A DNA stretch of 41,381 bases. Source: a virus. The position numbers were made by a program, and so were the translations under genes. The notes under the pieces are model-generated. The model had not been told where the DNA came from. It searched no databases and saw nothing but the letters and a program-made list of their open reading frames with translations. Location of the stretch: the UHGV virus genome UHGV-0383272. The stretch is one strand, 5' to 3'. This document shows positions 16,580 to 26,010 of this stretch, in pieces; position 1 is the stretch's first letter, and each line of letters begins with the position of its first letter.

Positions 16580-16860
16580 CGCCTGCTACCGGAATCGTTC
16601 CAAGCCAAAAAACTTGGACCGGTAAGGTAGGCGATACTAAGACGTTTACGATCACTACAGATCCAGCTGATGCTTCTGATTCTGCAACAGTGATTGCAGC
16701 AACCACAGCTGCATCTAGCGATGAGTCAATCGTTACTGTTGCCAAGACTGGCGATGGAGTATTTGAAGCCACGATCGCTACAGCTGGAACAGCTACAATT
16801 AACTTTACGTCAGGAACGTTTACGACGTCAATTGCAGTTACAGCTCAAGCAGCTGGATAG
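16573..16860 (+). CDS. Ig-like (Big_2-type) domain extension of the major capsid protein, reached by -1 frameshift
   Basis: -1 frame translation SVAPATGIVPSQKTWTGKVGDTKTFTITTDPADASDSATVIAATTAASSDESIVTVAKTGDGVFEATIATAGTATINFTSGTFTTSIAVTAQAAG. No independent start codon or SD. Confidence 0.55.
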   Translation, partial: SVAPATGIVPSQKTWTGKVGDTKTFTITTDPADASDSATVIAATTAASSDESIVTVAKTGDGVFEATIATAGTATINFTSGTFTTSIAVTAQAAG

Positions 16861-16871
16861 GCGGGGATCTT

Positions 16872-17204
16872 ATGGCTGAAACAATCGCAGAAGATGTTAA
16901 AAAGCTACTCTCTGGCACAATCGATGAAAAGCTTGAGATCATCGAACGGCGGACAAAAGAGCGTCTAGGGTCGTTGCTGAGCGTGTCCGAAATTCCTGCA
17001 GAGTTTGAGTATATATCGTACGAAGTGACTCTCAAAAGGTTCAATCGGATCGGACAGGAAGGTATGCAATCTTATTCGCAGGAAGGACTTTCGATGGTCT
17101 TTCCTGATTCTGATTTTTCAGAGTACCGCCGAGAGATTGATGAGTTCAAAGATCAGGAGAAAGGTCTGCTTGGCCCGAGAAAGGGCAAGGTGAGATTCTT
17201 ATGA
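16872..17204 (+). CDS. head-tail connector (gp6-like)
   Basis: 110 aa, position and size. Confidence 0.5.
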   Translation: MAETIAEDVKKLLSGTIDEKLEIIERRTKERLGSLLSVSEIPAEFEYISYEVTLKRFNRIGQEGMQSYSQEGLSMVFPDSDFSEYRREIDEFKDQEKGLLGPRKGKVRFL

Positions 17205-17527
17205 GGTACACTGATGAAATCACCTTTGTAAAAGATTCTAGGGAATCAAAATATGATCCAGATCTTGGTGAGTGGGTTGATGGCGAAGCAAAACGAACTG
17301 AAACGGTTGCTAATGTGACCGATCTTGGTACAGAACGTAGTGTGAAAGTTTTCGGTGATATCAGAGAAGGGGCAAAGGTCATTCGAACCTTGCCTCTTTT
17401 TTCTTTGCCTGAATTTGATCATATCGAGATTGATGGCAAGACATTCAGGGAAACCACTGCTAGAAATCCGTCAGGACGGCATAGCCTGATTGTACAAGAG
17501 GTGGCTGTTAATGAAACCAAAGCTTGA
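17201..17527 (+). CDS. head closure / head-tail adaptor protein
   Basis: 108 aa, ATGA coupling. Confidence 0.5.
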   Translation: MRYTDEITFVKDSRESKYDPDLGEWVDGEAKRTETVANVTDLGTERSVKVFGDIREGAKVIRTLPLFSLPEFDHIEIDGKTFRETTARNPSGRHSLIVQEVAVNETKA

Positions 17528-17849
17528 GTTTAAAGGAACAGACTCATTGATCGCACATATTGAGCGTGCGATTAGTTTGGAAGCAGCAAAGAAGGTCGTA
17601 AAGTCGAACACTGCTGAGTTAGCAAATCAAATGCAAAGACAGGCACCTGTTGATACAGGCTTTCTGAGACGTTCTGTGACTATGGCGATCATGAGTGGAG
17701 GATTAGTGGGAATGGTGACGCCAACAGCAGAGTATGCACCTTACGTCAACTATGGAACAAGATTTCAAGCAGCGCAGCCTTTTATTTCAAATGCTTTTAA
17801 TTATCAGAAAGTCAAATTTATCGCAGAAATGCAAAGGTTGGTGAAATGA
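17511..17849 (+). CDS. tail completion protein (HK97 gp10-like)
   Basis: Start set to the ATG with SD agaggtgg; 112 aa. Confidence 0.5.
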   Translation: MKPKLEFKGTDSLIAHIERAISLEAAKKVVKSNTAELANQMQRQAPVDTGFLRRSVTMAIMSGGLVGMVTPTAEYAPYVNYGTRFQAAQPFISNAFNYQKVKFIAEMQRLVK

Positions 17850-18238
17850 TGATAAAACAACCGGATCAAGAACTATATGATGAAGTTTTCAAGATTTGTC
17901 AAGGTTTGGGATACAACGTTTTCGCATATCTCCCACCAGATAAAACGCCTTATCCGTTCGTTTACATAGGCGAATCTCAGGAGCTGCCAACAGCGACTAA
18001 ATCAATACTATTTGGAACGATTCAACTATCCATTCACATTTATGGGTTGCATACAAAACGTAAGCAGGTTTCTGATATGAAAGGCGCTATTATGCATGAA
18101 CTTAGGACTTTTCGGCAATCAGAAAACTTTAATTGGAAAATATTGAACAATAGTACACAGCCACAGATGCTGCAAGATACAACGACAAACACCGCACTCT
18201 GGCACTGTGTAATTCCGCTAGAAATGCGATTTTATTAG
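17846..18238 (+). CDS. tail terminator / tail-to-head joining protein
   Basis: 130 aa, ATGA overlap, sits before the major tail gene. Confidence 0.5.
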   Translation: MMIKQPDQELYDEVFKICQGLGYNVFAYLPPDKTPYPFVYIGESQELPTATKSILFGTIQLSIHIYGLHTKRKQVSDMKGAIMHELRTFRQSENFNWKILNNSTQPQMLQDTTTNTALWHCVIPLEMRFY

Positions 18239-18249
18239 GAGGAATATTA

Positions 18250-18759
18250 ATGGGAGCAATTCAAGGTAAAGACAAGCTTTTATTAGTTCGTCGTTTAGAC
18301 GAAGCTGATTCTGCAGCTGCGACAAAGCCGCTTTATCAGATTGAACATAAATGGGAATACTCGCGCGATAGCAAGTCGCAGCAGACAAAAGATGGAGCTG
18401 TGCCGACATCGGGCGGGTTAGAAGTGTCGCTATCATTGAAGGGATTAGCGTCACGAGATGACGAAAATGAATACATGCTGAGCGCTGTTGAGGATGGCGC
18501 TACAGTAGAGTTTTGGGATGTTGATTTAAAAGGAGTCCAAAAGGAAGGGAAATACCCCGCTCGATACGCTCGCGGTAAAGTCGGCAAATGGAGTGTTCCT
18601 TCGAACGTTGAAGATTTGGACGAAATCGAGACGGAGGCAACAATCGAAGGGAAGCCGGTTAAAGGCTATGCGACTGTTTCAGATAAAGTCATTGAAGAAG
18701 CGCAATATGCATTTAGAGACACTACTGCAGGTAGTGAAGAAGAATCGGGACAAGGTTAG
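18250..18759 (+). CDS. major tail protein
   Basis: 169 aa, strong SD ttaggagg, followed by a strong terminator. Confidence 0.65.
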   Translation: MGAIQGKDKLLLVRRLDEADSAAATKPLYQIEHKWEYSRDSKSQQTKDGAVPTSGGLEVSLSLKGLASRDDENEYMLSAVEDGATVEFWDVDLKGVQKEGKYPARYARGKVGKWSVPSNVEDLDEIETEATIEGKPVKGYATVSDKVIEEAQYAFRDTTAGSEEESGQG

Positions 18760-18783
18760 GCAAACGCCTAGCCTTTTTATTTT
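18754..18783 (+). terminator. rho-independent terminator after the major tail gene
   Basis: 8-bp stem GGUUAGGC-AAAC-GCCUAGCC then UUUUUAUUUU. Confidence 0.55.
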
Positions 18784-18795
18784 AGGAGGAAAACC

Positions 18796-19149
18796 ATGAA
18801 TCTTGATATTAACGGAAAAGTTATCGAAGTGAAGTTTACCATTGGAGCGATTGAAGCGTTAGATCGTGTTTATGAAGTTCAAAATGGCGGAGCTAAATTC
18901 GGCATGGGAGTTAGTTCTTCGTTAGTTTATTTGCAACAGTATAACCCTGTTGTTCTTCGAAATATTATTGAAGCTTTACAAGTAGACAAGGCAAAAGTTG
19001 GTCGTTCAGAAATTGAAGCATGGCTGATGTCGCAGGATATCGAAAAGCTTTCGGAGGAAATGATTGATGAATTGGGAAAGCAGGACTTAACCAAAGCAAT
19101 GATCAAAAAGTTGAAAAAACAAGCGGCGAAGGTAGCAAAACAAAAATAA
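18796..19149 (+). CDS. tail assembly chaperone (gpG-like)
   Basis: 117 aa, immediately upstream of the tape measure, with an overlapping -1 ORF. Confidence 0.55.
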   Translation: MNLDINGKVIEVKFTIGAIEALDRVYEVQNGGAKFGMGVSSSLVYLQQYNPVVLRNIIEALQVDKAKVGRSEIEAWLMSQDIEKLSEEMIDELGKQDLTKAMIKKLKKQAAKVAKQK

Positions 19150-19178
19150 CTAAAACAAGCCGTCAATTTTATGAAGAC

Positions 19179-19529
19179 TTGGCGATTAATGCTTTTCGTT
19201 TTCTGGGTTGTAAATCGTTTAAAGAGATCAATCAGATGACCTTGCGAGAATTTGAATTGCGAATGATTGCTTTCAAGCTTTCTCAAGTTGACGAGGATAT
19301 GAAGCGTCATGAGCAAGCCTTTTTAAATAACTCTGTAAGGGCTAGAGATAGAAAAGGCAACGCGATTTATAAGGAGTTCATCGATTTTTATGATTACGAA
19401 GAACGAATTAATGAGGCATTAGAGGGTACTGATTTTCATAAAAGCAAATTGGACGAAAAACGAATCAATGAGTTGAAACAGATTGCTAGGAACCTTCGTG
19501 AGTATAGAGAAGGGAGGGGGACGATATAG
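19179..19529 (+). CDS. tail assembly chaperone T part (frame open from 19071; likely made as a G-T fusion by -1 frameshift)
   Basis: The -1 frame relative to G is open from 19071 and lacks a good SD or start. An A6 run sits at 19114-19119 inside the overlap. Confidence 0.5.
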   Translation: MAINAFRFLGCKSFKEINQMTLREFELRMIAFKLSQVDEDMKRHEQAFLNNSVRARDRKGNAIYKEFIDFYDYEERINEALEGTDFHKSKLDEKRINELKQIARNLREYREGRGTI

Positions 19530-19642
19530 CAGAATCATTTTCAGTTGAGGCTTACCTGAAGGCGACCGACAGCGGATTTGTCCAGACATTCAAGGATGCT
19601 CAATCTGCAGTCGAAACCTTCGAAAAAGATTCAAATAGCACG

Positions 19643-21814
19643 ATGATGGCTGTTGGATCAACGATGCAAAGTGCCGGGAAGTCAATGACAAAACTTCTTA
19701 CAGTGCCAATACTTGGTGCTGGTGTCGCCGCTGCTAAAATTGGCGGAGACTTTGAAGAGCAAATGAGTCGTGTAAAAGCGATCTCTGGGGCAACTGGCGA
19801 TTCTTTTGAACAACTGAAGCAACAAGCGATCGATTTAGGTGCTAAAACGGCCTTTAGCGCGAAAGAATCCGCAGCAGGTATGGAAAACCTAGCCTCTGCA
19901 GGTTTTGATGCAAACGAGATCATGGCTGCAATGCCTGGTCTTTTAGACTTAGCAGCTGTTTCTGGTGGCGATGTGGCTTTGGCATCTGAGAATGCAGCAA
20001 CAGCGTTGCGAGGATTTGGACTTGAGGCAAGTCAAGCAGGTCATGTTGCGGACGTGTTTGCACGTGCGGCAGCTGACACGAATGCTGAGGTTGCAGATAT
20101 GGGAGAAGCGATGAAATATATCGCTCCAGTAGCAAATGCGATGGGAATTTCGCTTGAAGAGGCATCCGCAGCGATTGGTATCATGTCTGATGCTGGTATT
20201 AAAGGATCACAAGCAGGGACATCACTTCGCGGAGCTTTATCTCGTTTAGCAAAACCGACCGATCCAATGATCGCAAAAATGGATGAGTTAGGTTTGAGTT
20301 TCTATGATGCTGAAGGCAACATGAAATCACTGGAGCATCAAATTGGTATGTTGCAACACGCTTTCCAAGGATTAACACCGGAACAACAGCAAAACGCATT
20401 AGTGACTCTTTACGGGCAAGAATCGCTATCAGGAATGATGGCATTAATTGAAAAGGGACCAAATGCAATAAATGAATTAACTAACTCATTAAAGAATTCA
20501 AATGGTGCTGCTGATGAAATGGCTCGGACAATGCAAGACAACATGAACTCATCTATTGAACAAATGATGGGAGCTTTTGAGTCTGCTGCAATAGTAATTC
20601 AAGAAATCATGGCACCAGCAATTCGAGGTGTTGCGGATACAATTGGCGGATTAGTTGAAAAGTTCGTTAATGCACCGGAGCCTATTCAAAAAATGGCACT
20701 GGCGATCGCTGCTTTAGTAGCTGCGATTGGCCCTCTGCTTTTTGTCGGAGGATCAATGCTTGTATGGTTCGCAAAACTTAAAGTTGCGGTCGGATTCCTT
20801 TCTACTTCATTCCCAGCTTTAGGTGGGGTATTTACAGCTCTAACTGGACCGGTTGGAATAGTAATCGCGATCATTGCTGCATTAGTTGGAGCGTTTATTT
20901 TCGCTTGGAACACCAGCGAAGGTTTTCGGAATGCTGTCACAACGATTTGGGAATCTATAAAAAATACAATTTCATTTGCTGTTCAAACCGTATCAAACAC
21001 GATCCAACGAATTTTTGGCGGTGTCGTTGCTTGGTGGAAAGCTAATAACGAGGAAATCGCTGCTGCAGTAAATACGATTTGGAATGGAAAAATCGGTCAA
21101 TTTATTCGAAATGCTATGGGTGTGATTCAAGGCATCGTTGTTGGAGTATGGACTGCGATTAAAGGAATAACCGAAGGGATTTGGATAGCAATTTCAGCAG
21201 TGATTGAAGGTGCTTTACGAGTAATCCAAGGTTTGATCAAGTTTATTCTCGGTATACTTTCAGGGGATTGGTCGATGGCTTGGGAAGGAATGGTGGAAGC
21301 CGCGTCTGGAATTTTATATGGACTCGGCGGAATTGTTGTTGGAGCTTTAGAAGCGGTGATCGGTGTTGTTAGAGGATTTTTCTCCACCTTCAAAAATGCC
21401 GGTTGGAATCTGGTAAAAATGATTGCAGATGGAATTTGGTCAGCAATTAGTTTGCCGGCTAAGGCTATCAATGCGGTTGTTTCAAAAGTTCGTAAATATT
21501 TACCATTCTCTCCAGCCAAAGAAGGACCACTTAGCGATTTAGATAAGTTGAATTTTGGCGGAACAATCTCAACAGGGATTTACTCTGGACAGGATGAGAT
21601 TAATCGCGCGATGGCATCAGTTTTAGACATTCCTGCGCTTGCCAATTTAAACGCAAGTCTAGGGGTGAAGCACACTGTCACAAGAAACGAAAACCAGTCA
21701 ACGAAACAACCAGCTGTAATTAAACTTCGTTTAGGCAAGCAAGAGTTTAGTGCGTTTGTTCAGGATATTTCAGACGAACAAGGAGATGTAGCAGATCTCA
21801 ACTTACTATTTTAG
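19643..21814 (+). CDS. tape measure protein
   Basis: 723 aa, Ala/Gly-rich with internal hydrophobic segments. The reading frame is open upstream to 19508 (see findings). Confidence 0.8.
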   Translation: MMAVGSTMQSAGKSMTKLLTVPILGAGVAAAKIGGDFEEQMSRVKAISGATGDSFEQLKQQAIDLGAKTAFSAKESAAGMENLASAGFDANEIMAAMPGLLDLAAVSGGDVALASENAATALRGFGLEASQAGHVADVFARAAADTNAEVADMGEAMKYIAPVANAMGISLEEASAAIGIMSDAGIKGSQAGTSLRGALSRLAKPTDPMIAKMDELGLSFYDAEGNMKSLEHQIGMLQHAFQGLTPEQQQNALVTLYGQESLSGMMALIEKGPNAINELTNSLKNSNGAADEMARTMQDNMNSSIEQMMGAFESAAIVIQEIMAPAIRGVADTIGGLVEKFVNAPEPIQKMALAIAALVAAIGPLLFVGGSMLVWFAKLKVAVGFLSTSFPALGGVFTALTGPVGIVIAIIAALVGAFIFAWNTSEGFRNAVTTIWESIKNTISFAVQTVSNTIQRIFGGVVAWWKANNEEIAAAVNTIWNGKIGQFIRNAMGVIQGIVVGVWTAIKGITEGIWIAISAVIEGALRVIQGLIKFILGILSGDWSMAWEGMVEAASGILYGLGGIVVGALEAVIGVVRGFFSTFKNAGWNLVKMIADGIWSAISLPAKAINAVVSKVRKYLPFSPAKEGPLSDLDKLNFGGTISTGIYSGQDEINRAMASVLDIPALANLNASLGVKHTVTRNENQSTKQPAVIKLRLGKQEFSAFVQDISDEQGDVADLNLLF

Positions 21815-21828
21815 AAGGAGGATGAAGC

Positions 21829-22614
21829 GTGGAAGAATGGGAAAATCCAATGTATCAATTTAGAGACACAACGAAACGACCCGCTTACAAATCGTGGATT
21901 CCGACTTCTGCGATGATATACGGCGGTACAATGATTGAAAAAATTATTCCCGGATACCAGACGCTATTCGTGGAAGGTCGCGAAATGCTGTCACTTGATT
22001 TGGAATCCGAGAAGAAGAATGTAGGGGTTCATATATCAGCACAGCGATTACCTGAACGCTCATTGATAATACACTACAAACTAACAGAGTCTAATCCAGT
22101 TGAGTTTCAGCGAAGCTTCAAAAAGCTGATGCGAATTTTATACAAACAAGAAGATGTCGAGATTCATTTTAATGATGAACTCGACACTTTTTATTATGGC
22201 CGCTACTCTGCTGCAGAAAAAGTTCCAGGGAATACTGACAGCGTAGTTTCTAGTTACACAATTACTTGTCCAGATCCGCGAAAGTATTCAAGACAATTTG
22301 AAACAGGCGGGGAAATTTCCGAGTATATTCCTTATGACTCTGTGCCGGATTCCATTAGTTTTACCGCTTCAAAGGATAACAGCGTCAAAGTAACGAATGG
22401 TCGGCAAACAATCAGTATTTCAAATGCGGCTCTAAAAAAAGGCGATCGTGTCGAAATGTTAATCCGCGAGGGGAAAATACTGATCAACGGAGAGAATAAA
22501 ACACGGGTCCTTGATCTGACTAGCCCATTCAAAAGTTTCACTGTGCGAACAGGAGAAGTTATCAAAAGTGACAACGGTACTCCTTTGATTAAGTATCGAG
22601 GGGTGTGGTTGTAG
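21829..22614 (+). CDS. distal tail protein (Dit-like)
   Basis: 261 aa, directly after the tape measure. Confidence 0.5.
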   Translation: MEEWENPMYQFRDTTKRPAYKSWIPTSAMIYGGTMIEKIIPGYQTLFVEGREMLSLDLESEKKNVGVHISAQRLPERSLIIHYKLTESNPVEFQRSFKKLMRILYKQEDVEIHFNDELDTFYYGRYSAAEKVPGNTDSVVSSYTITCPDPRKYSRQFETGGEISEYIPYDSVPDSISFTASKDNSVKVTNGRQTISISNAALKKGDRVEMLIREGKILINGENKTRVLDLTSPFKSFTVRTGEVIKSDNGTPLIKYRGVWL

Positions 22615-25493
22615 TGGAAAGTTTCGATAAGGATGTCTATTTCTTTGATGACAATCAAAAACTCATCAAAGTAGTAGGTGAAGAAAATTTATTCTCGAAT
22701 ATTCAAGAAATGGAAATCACACCAAACAAAGAAGAATTGATCAATGATAAATTGTCGGTCAGCACCGAGTTTGATGAAGAAATTAAGGATGCAGTTTATA
22801 TGGCGGTTCGCGAAAGCGGGTCGTCTTTTTCTATGTACAAAATAGCTGGGATTGCTGATCCAGGTTCACTATTAATCTTTACTGGGGTTAATTTCGGACC
22901 TGATGAGCTTGAAGGTTACATCATCAATGATATTCGACCTGCGAATGAGTTCTTTCAAAAAACGATTCAACGAGTCATCGACTATACGTTAGGAGAGTGG
23001 CGCGTTGGTTACTTGGATTCAACTCTTCCTAAAGTATCAATGAATTTTTATTACTGCAGTGTTCGTGAAGCACTGAAAATGCTCCAAACGTTAGGTTGCG
23101 AGATTCTTTTTAAATGCAATCTTACTGGTGAAGGAATCACTGATAAGTGGATTGAAGTACATCGGCAAATCGGTGAGTACAGTAATGAAAGATACGATTA
23201 CGGCGATAATGCTTTAACAATTGAAAAAGAAGTCAACCGAAGTAATCTATTTACTTCTTTAATTGGGAGAGGTAAAGGAGAAGAAGTGGGTGACGGCTAT
23301 GGCCGACGCATTGAGTTTGATCAAGTCTATTGGTCAAAGTCAAAAGGTGATCCTCTCAATAAGCCAACAGGTCAGATCAATTTGGAAATTCCTGAAATGA
23401 CGGAAAAATACGGTATTCCTACAAAAAATGGAAAACGTCGCAAACGTGAGAAAGTCGTTATTTTTGAAGACTGCGAGGAACCGACTGAACTGATTCAGCT
23501 CACCTATCAAGAACTGGTGAATTGCTCAAGACCGCTTGTTCAATTCAAATCGACTATTTTTGGCGCAGATAAGTTGGGTAATACTATACGCATTCATCGA
23601 GAAGATCGCGGCTATCACTATGAAACGCGAATTTTCAGCGTGAAGATTGACCGCTTAACTGGAAAAGTCGAGACCGGGTTAGGCGACAATTTAAACAACT
23701 CAGCTACTCGTCAAGCTTCAAATACACAAAATGCTTTGCAGACACTCGATGAAACGAAGATGACTTTCTATGAATCCACCGAGGTTTCTAAATGGCAGTC
23801 AGATATTATCCGAGGTGCTAAGGGTGGCTCGATCATCATGATGAATCCGTGGGACACCGGAAAAGGCGAAAGCCGGCAACCGTATCAAATGGTTTGGATG
23901 AATGGTGATTCGATCGATACTTCAAATCACTTTCTTGTTGCAAATTCCGAGGGGATCGGATTCATCGATGGAAAATTCAACGAAGCGAATTTCAAGACTG
24001 CATGGACCATTGATGGAAACTTCAATGCGAATTATATCCAGTCAGGGCGTATTAGAGCTGATATTTTTGAAACTTCATTTAATGCTGTTGGTGATCAATT
24101 AAAGCTCGTAAAAGGTGCATTGCAGGTAGTTAACAGTAATAAAAAAATAATGGAGCTAACGAAAAAAGGGATGCAGTTCTGGAGTGGTACCAAAGAAATT
24201 GGAACGATTGGAACAACGGACTCTGCCGGCAATCCATTTCCTGATGCTTCAACGCCAACACCAATTCCTGATAACGCACTGGTAATCCGAACTGAAGGCA
24301 GCGGAAAGTACATTTTAATATCACCAAATAAAGGCAAAGGATTTATCATGCTCGCAAACGGAACCACTATTCATAACGGTGATATGAATATTCAAGGCAA
24401 GTTGCGAGTGTTTGGTGATCTAGATGTTCAAGGCAAACTAACCATCAAAGGTCAGGAAGTGTTTCCTGGTCAGGGAGGGGGTACTGATCCGGGAGGAAAC
24501 TGGAACGGAGAATACCCGCCGGGAGTCACTTCTCAAGCTGACAAGTTCGCTTGGGAGCTATGGGTGATACTTCTTTTGAAAGGCTACTCTAAAGCTGCAG
24601 CTGCAGGTATCTTGGGTAACGTTCAAGGCGAAGCCGGAGTTTCAATGAATCCTGACATCGCTCAAATTGGCGGACCTGCCTATGGGATTGTTCAATGGGA
24701 TGGCTCGGCTTATCCGCTTGTTGGTTCTCCTACTTACGATGGCCGGACCTATGTCCAACATTTAATGGCTGCAGCTGGTATCACAGAGGATTATCGAACA
24801 ATGGCTGCTCAAGGTAAGTTGTTAGATTGGACGATGTACAACGGCCAGTGGTTAGGAATCGTTCAACCAACTACTCAAGCAGCATTCAAAGCAATTACTG
24901 ATCCTTCTCAAGCAGCGTATGCATTTGAAAGAAACTATGAACGACCAGCAAATACACACCCTGAGCGTCAAGGATGGGCGGTAAATTGGTATAACAAGTT
25001 CAAAGATTTGGAAGTTTCATCTGGTGGCGGTGGAAGTATTTTATCTACTGCGAAAAGTTTACTAGGTTATTTTCATTATTCTATGCCATTAAGAACACAA
25101 TTTGGTTCTGTTGAAAATCCAGACAGGAACGGCTATGCCGATTGTTCTTCGTTCGTTTGGCTGGTTTTAACAAAAGCTGGGTATCGTACACCACCAGGAG
25201 TTGGCTGGTACACAGGTTCAATGACAAGTGATGCGCGTGGCGCAAGAAACTGGCTAACTGAGATTCCTCAAAACCAAGGGAAGGCCGGAGACGTGTTGAT
25301 TGTAAACCAAGGCGGCGGAGCTGGATCAGATGGACATACTGCGATTCTAGCCGAGGACTGGCACGGCTATACTACATCCATCATCGAGATGGGCGGAATG
25401 CAATCTGGCGGTGTCGGAGTAGGACGCGTAGATATGTCGTTTGGTTGGTTATTAAATGGTGGCGATGTATGTATAGCAAGAGCGAAGAAATAG
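22605..25493 (+). CDS. tail-associated lysin (Tal) with lysozyme-like and C-terminal Cys/His peptidase (NlpC/P60 or CHAP-like) domains
   Basis: 962 aa. GNVQGEAGVSMNPDIAQIGGPAYGIVQWDG segment; C-terminal NGYADCSSFVWLVL...H Cys-His dyad. Confidence 0.7.
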   Translation: MVVVESFDKDVYFFDDNQKLIKVVGEENLFSNIQEMEITPNKEELINDKLSVSTEFDEEIKDAVYMAVRESGSSFSMYKIAGIADPGSLLIFTGVNFGPDELEGYIINDIRPANEFFQKTIQRVIDYTLGEWRVGYLDSTLPKVSMNFYYCSVREALKMLQTLGCEILFKCNLTGEGITDKWIEVHRQIGEYSNERYDYGDNALTIEKEVNRSNLFTSLIGRGKGEEVGDGYGRRIEFDQVYWSKSKGDPLNKPTGQINLEIPEMTEKYGIPTKNGKRRKREKVVIFEDCEEPTELIQLTYQELVNCSRPLVQFKSTIFGADKLGNTIRIHREDRGYHYETRIFSVKIDRLTGKVETGLGDNLNNSATRQASNTQNALQTLDETKMTFYESTEVSKWQSDIIRGAKGGSIIMMNPWDTGKGESRQPYQMVWMNGDSIDTSNHFLVANSEGIGFIDGKFNEANFKTAWTIDGNFNANYIQSGRIRADIFETSFNAVGDQLKLVKGALQVVNSNKKIMELTKKGMQFWSGTKEIGTIGTTDSAGNPFPDASTPTPIPDNALVIRTEGSGKYILISPNKGKGFIMLANGTTIHNGDMNIQGKLRVFGDLDVQGKLTIKGQEVFPGQGGGTDPGGNWNGEYPPGVTSQADKFAWELWVILLLKGYSKAAAAGILGNVQGEAGVSMNPDIAQIGGPAYGIVQWDGSAYPLVGSPTYDGRTYVQHLMAAAGITEDYRTMAAQGKLLDWTMYNGQWLGIVQPTTQAAFKAITDPSQAAYAFERNYERPANTHPERQGWAVNWYNKFKDLEVSSGGGGSILSTAKSLLGYFHYSMPLRTQFGSVENPDRNGYADCSSFVWLVLTKAGYRTPPGVGWYTGSMTSDARGARNWLTEIPQNQGKAGDVLIVNQGGGAGSDGHTAILAEDWHGYTTSIIEMGGMQSGGVGVGRVDMSFGWLLNGGDVCIARAKK

Positions 25494-25503
25494 AGGTGAT
25501 TGC

Positions 25504-26010
25504 GTGATAGATAGAAAAGGATTGAATCATTTAAAAAGTTTGATGAATCAGCCAGTTGGCAATCATCAATGTTATGCGCTTAGTGCGGAATACGCTGGTG
25601 TAATGATTGGACCAGATATGGGAGCTGGAACGAAGTATGAAATCAAGGTGAGACATGGAAATGTTTTTTCTGCTGCTGATATTGGTTCTGCTTACCAGTG
25701 GCCTCTTTATTTTTGGTCAGTTATTGAGGAACCAAGTTATGACCAATTGGAAGTTGGCTCGATCATTAACTGGAAGCGTGGCGCGAGAGTAGCAAGTTGG
25801 TGTGCATCACAAACCTTCGGGCACACAGGTGTAATCAGAGGGCTTGAAAATGATCGCGTTCAAACTTATGAACAAAACGCTGAATCAGGAGAGATTGTCG
25901 CTGAATACGATAGAGAGTTTTTTGACTCTGATCAAATCGCATCTATTTGTATCCCGCCTGATTTTGAGAGAGGAGTGATGAATATATGGCAAAATGGAAC
26001 GTTTCACTAA
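25504..26010 (+). CDS. CHAP-domain peptidoglycan hydrolase (tail-associated)
   Basis: GNHQCYALSAEYAG Cys motif and GHTGVI His motif; GTG start. Confidence 0.55.
   Translation: MIDRKGLNHLKSLMNQPVGNHQCYALSAEYAGVMIGPDMGAGTKYEIKVRHGNVFSAADIGSAYQWPLYFWSVIEEPSYDQLEVGSIINWKRGARVASWCASQTFGHTGVIRGLENDRVQTYEQNAESGEIVAEYDREFFDSDQIASICIPPDFERGVMNIWQNGTFH

Noticed and set aside
16563-16879. Track ORFs 16563..16772 (-) and 16694..16879 (+) overlapping the capsid extension
   Set aside because: Both are alternative-frame or antisense shadows of the Big_2-encoding -1 frame (Ala/Thr-rich codons read open in several frames). Neither has an RBS.
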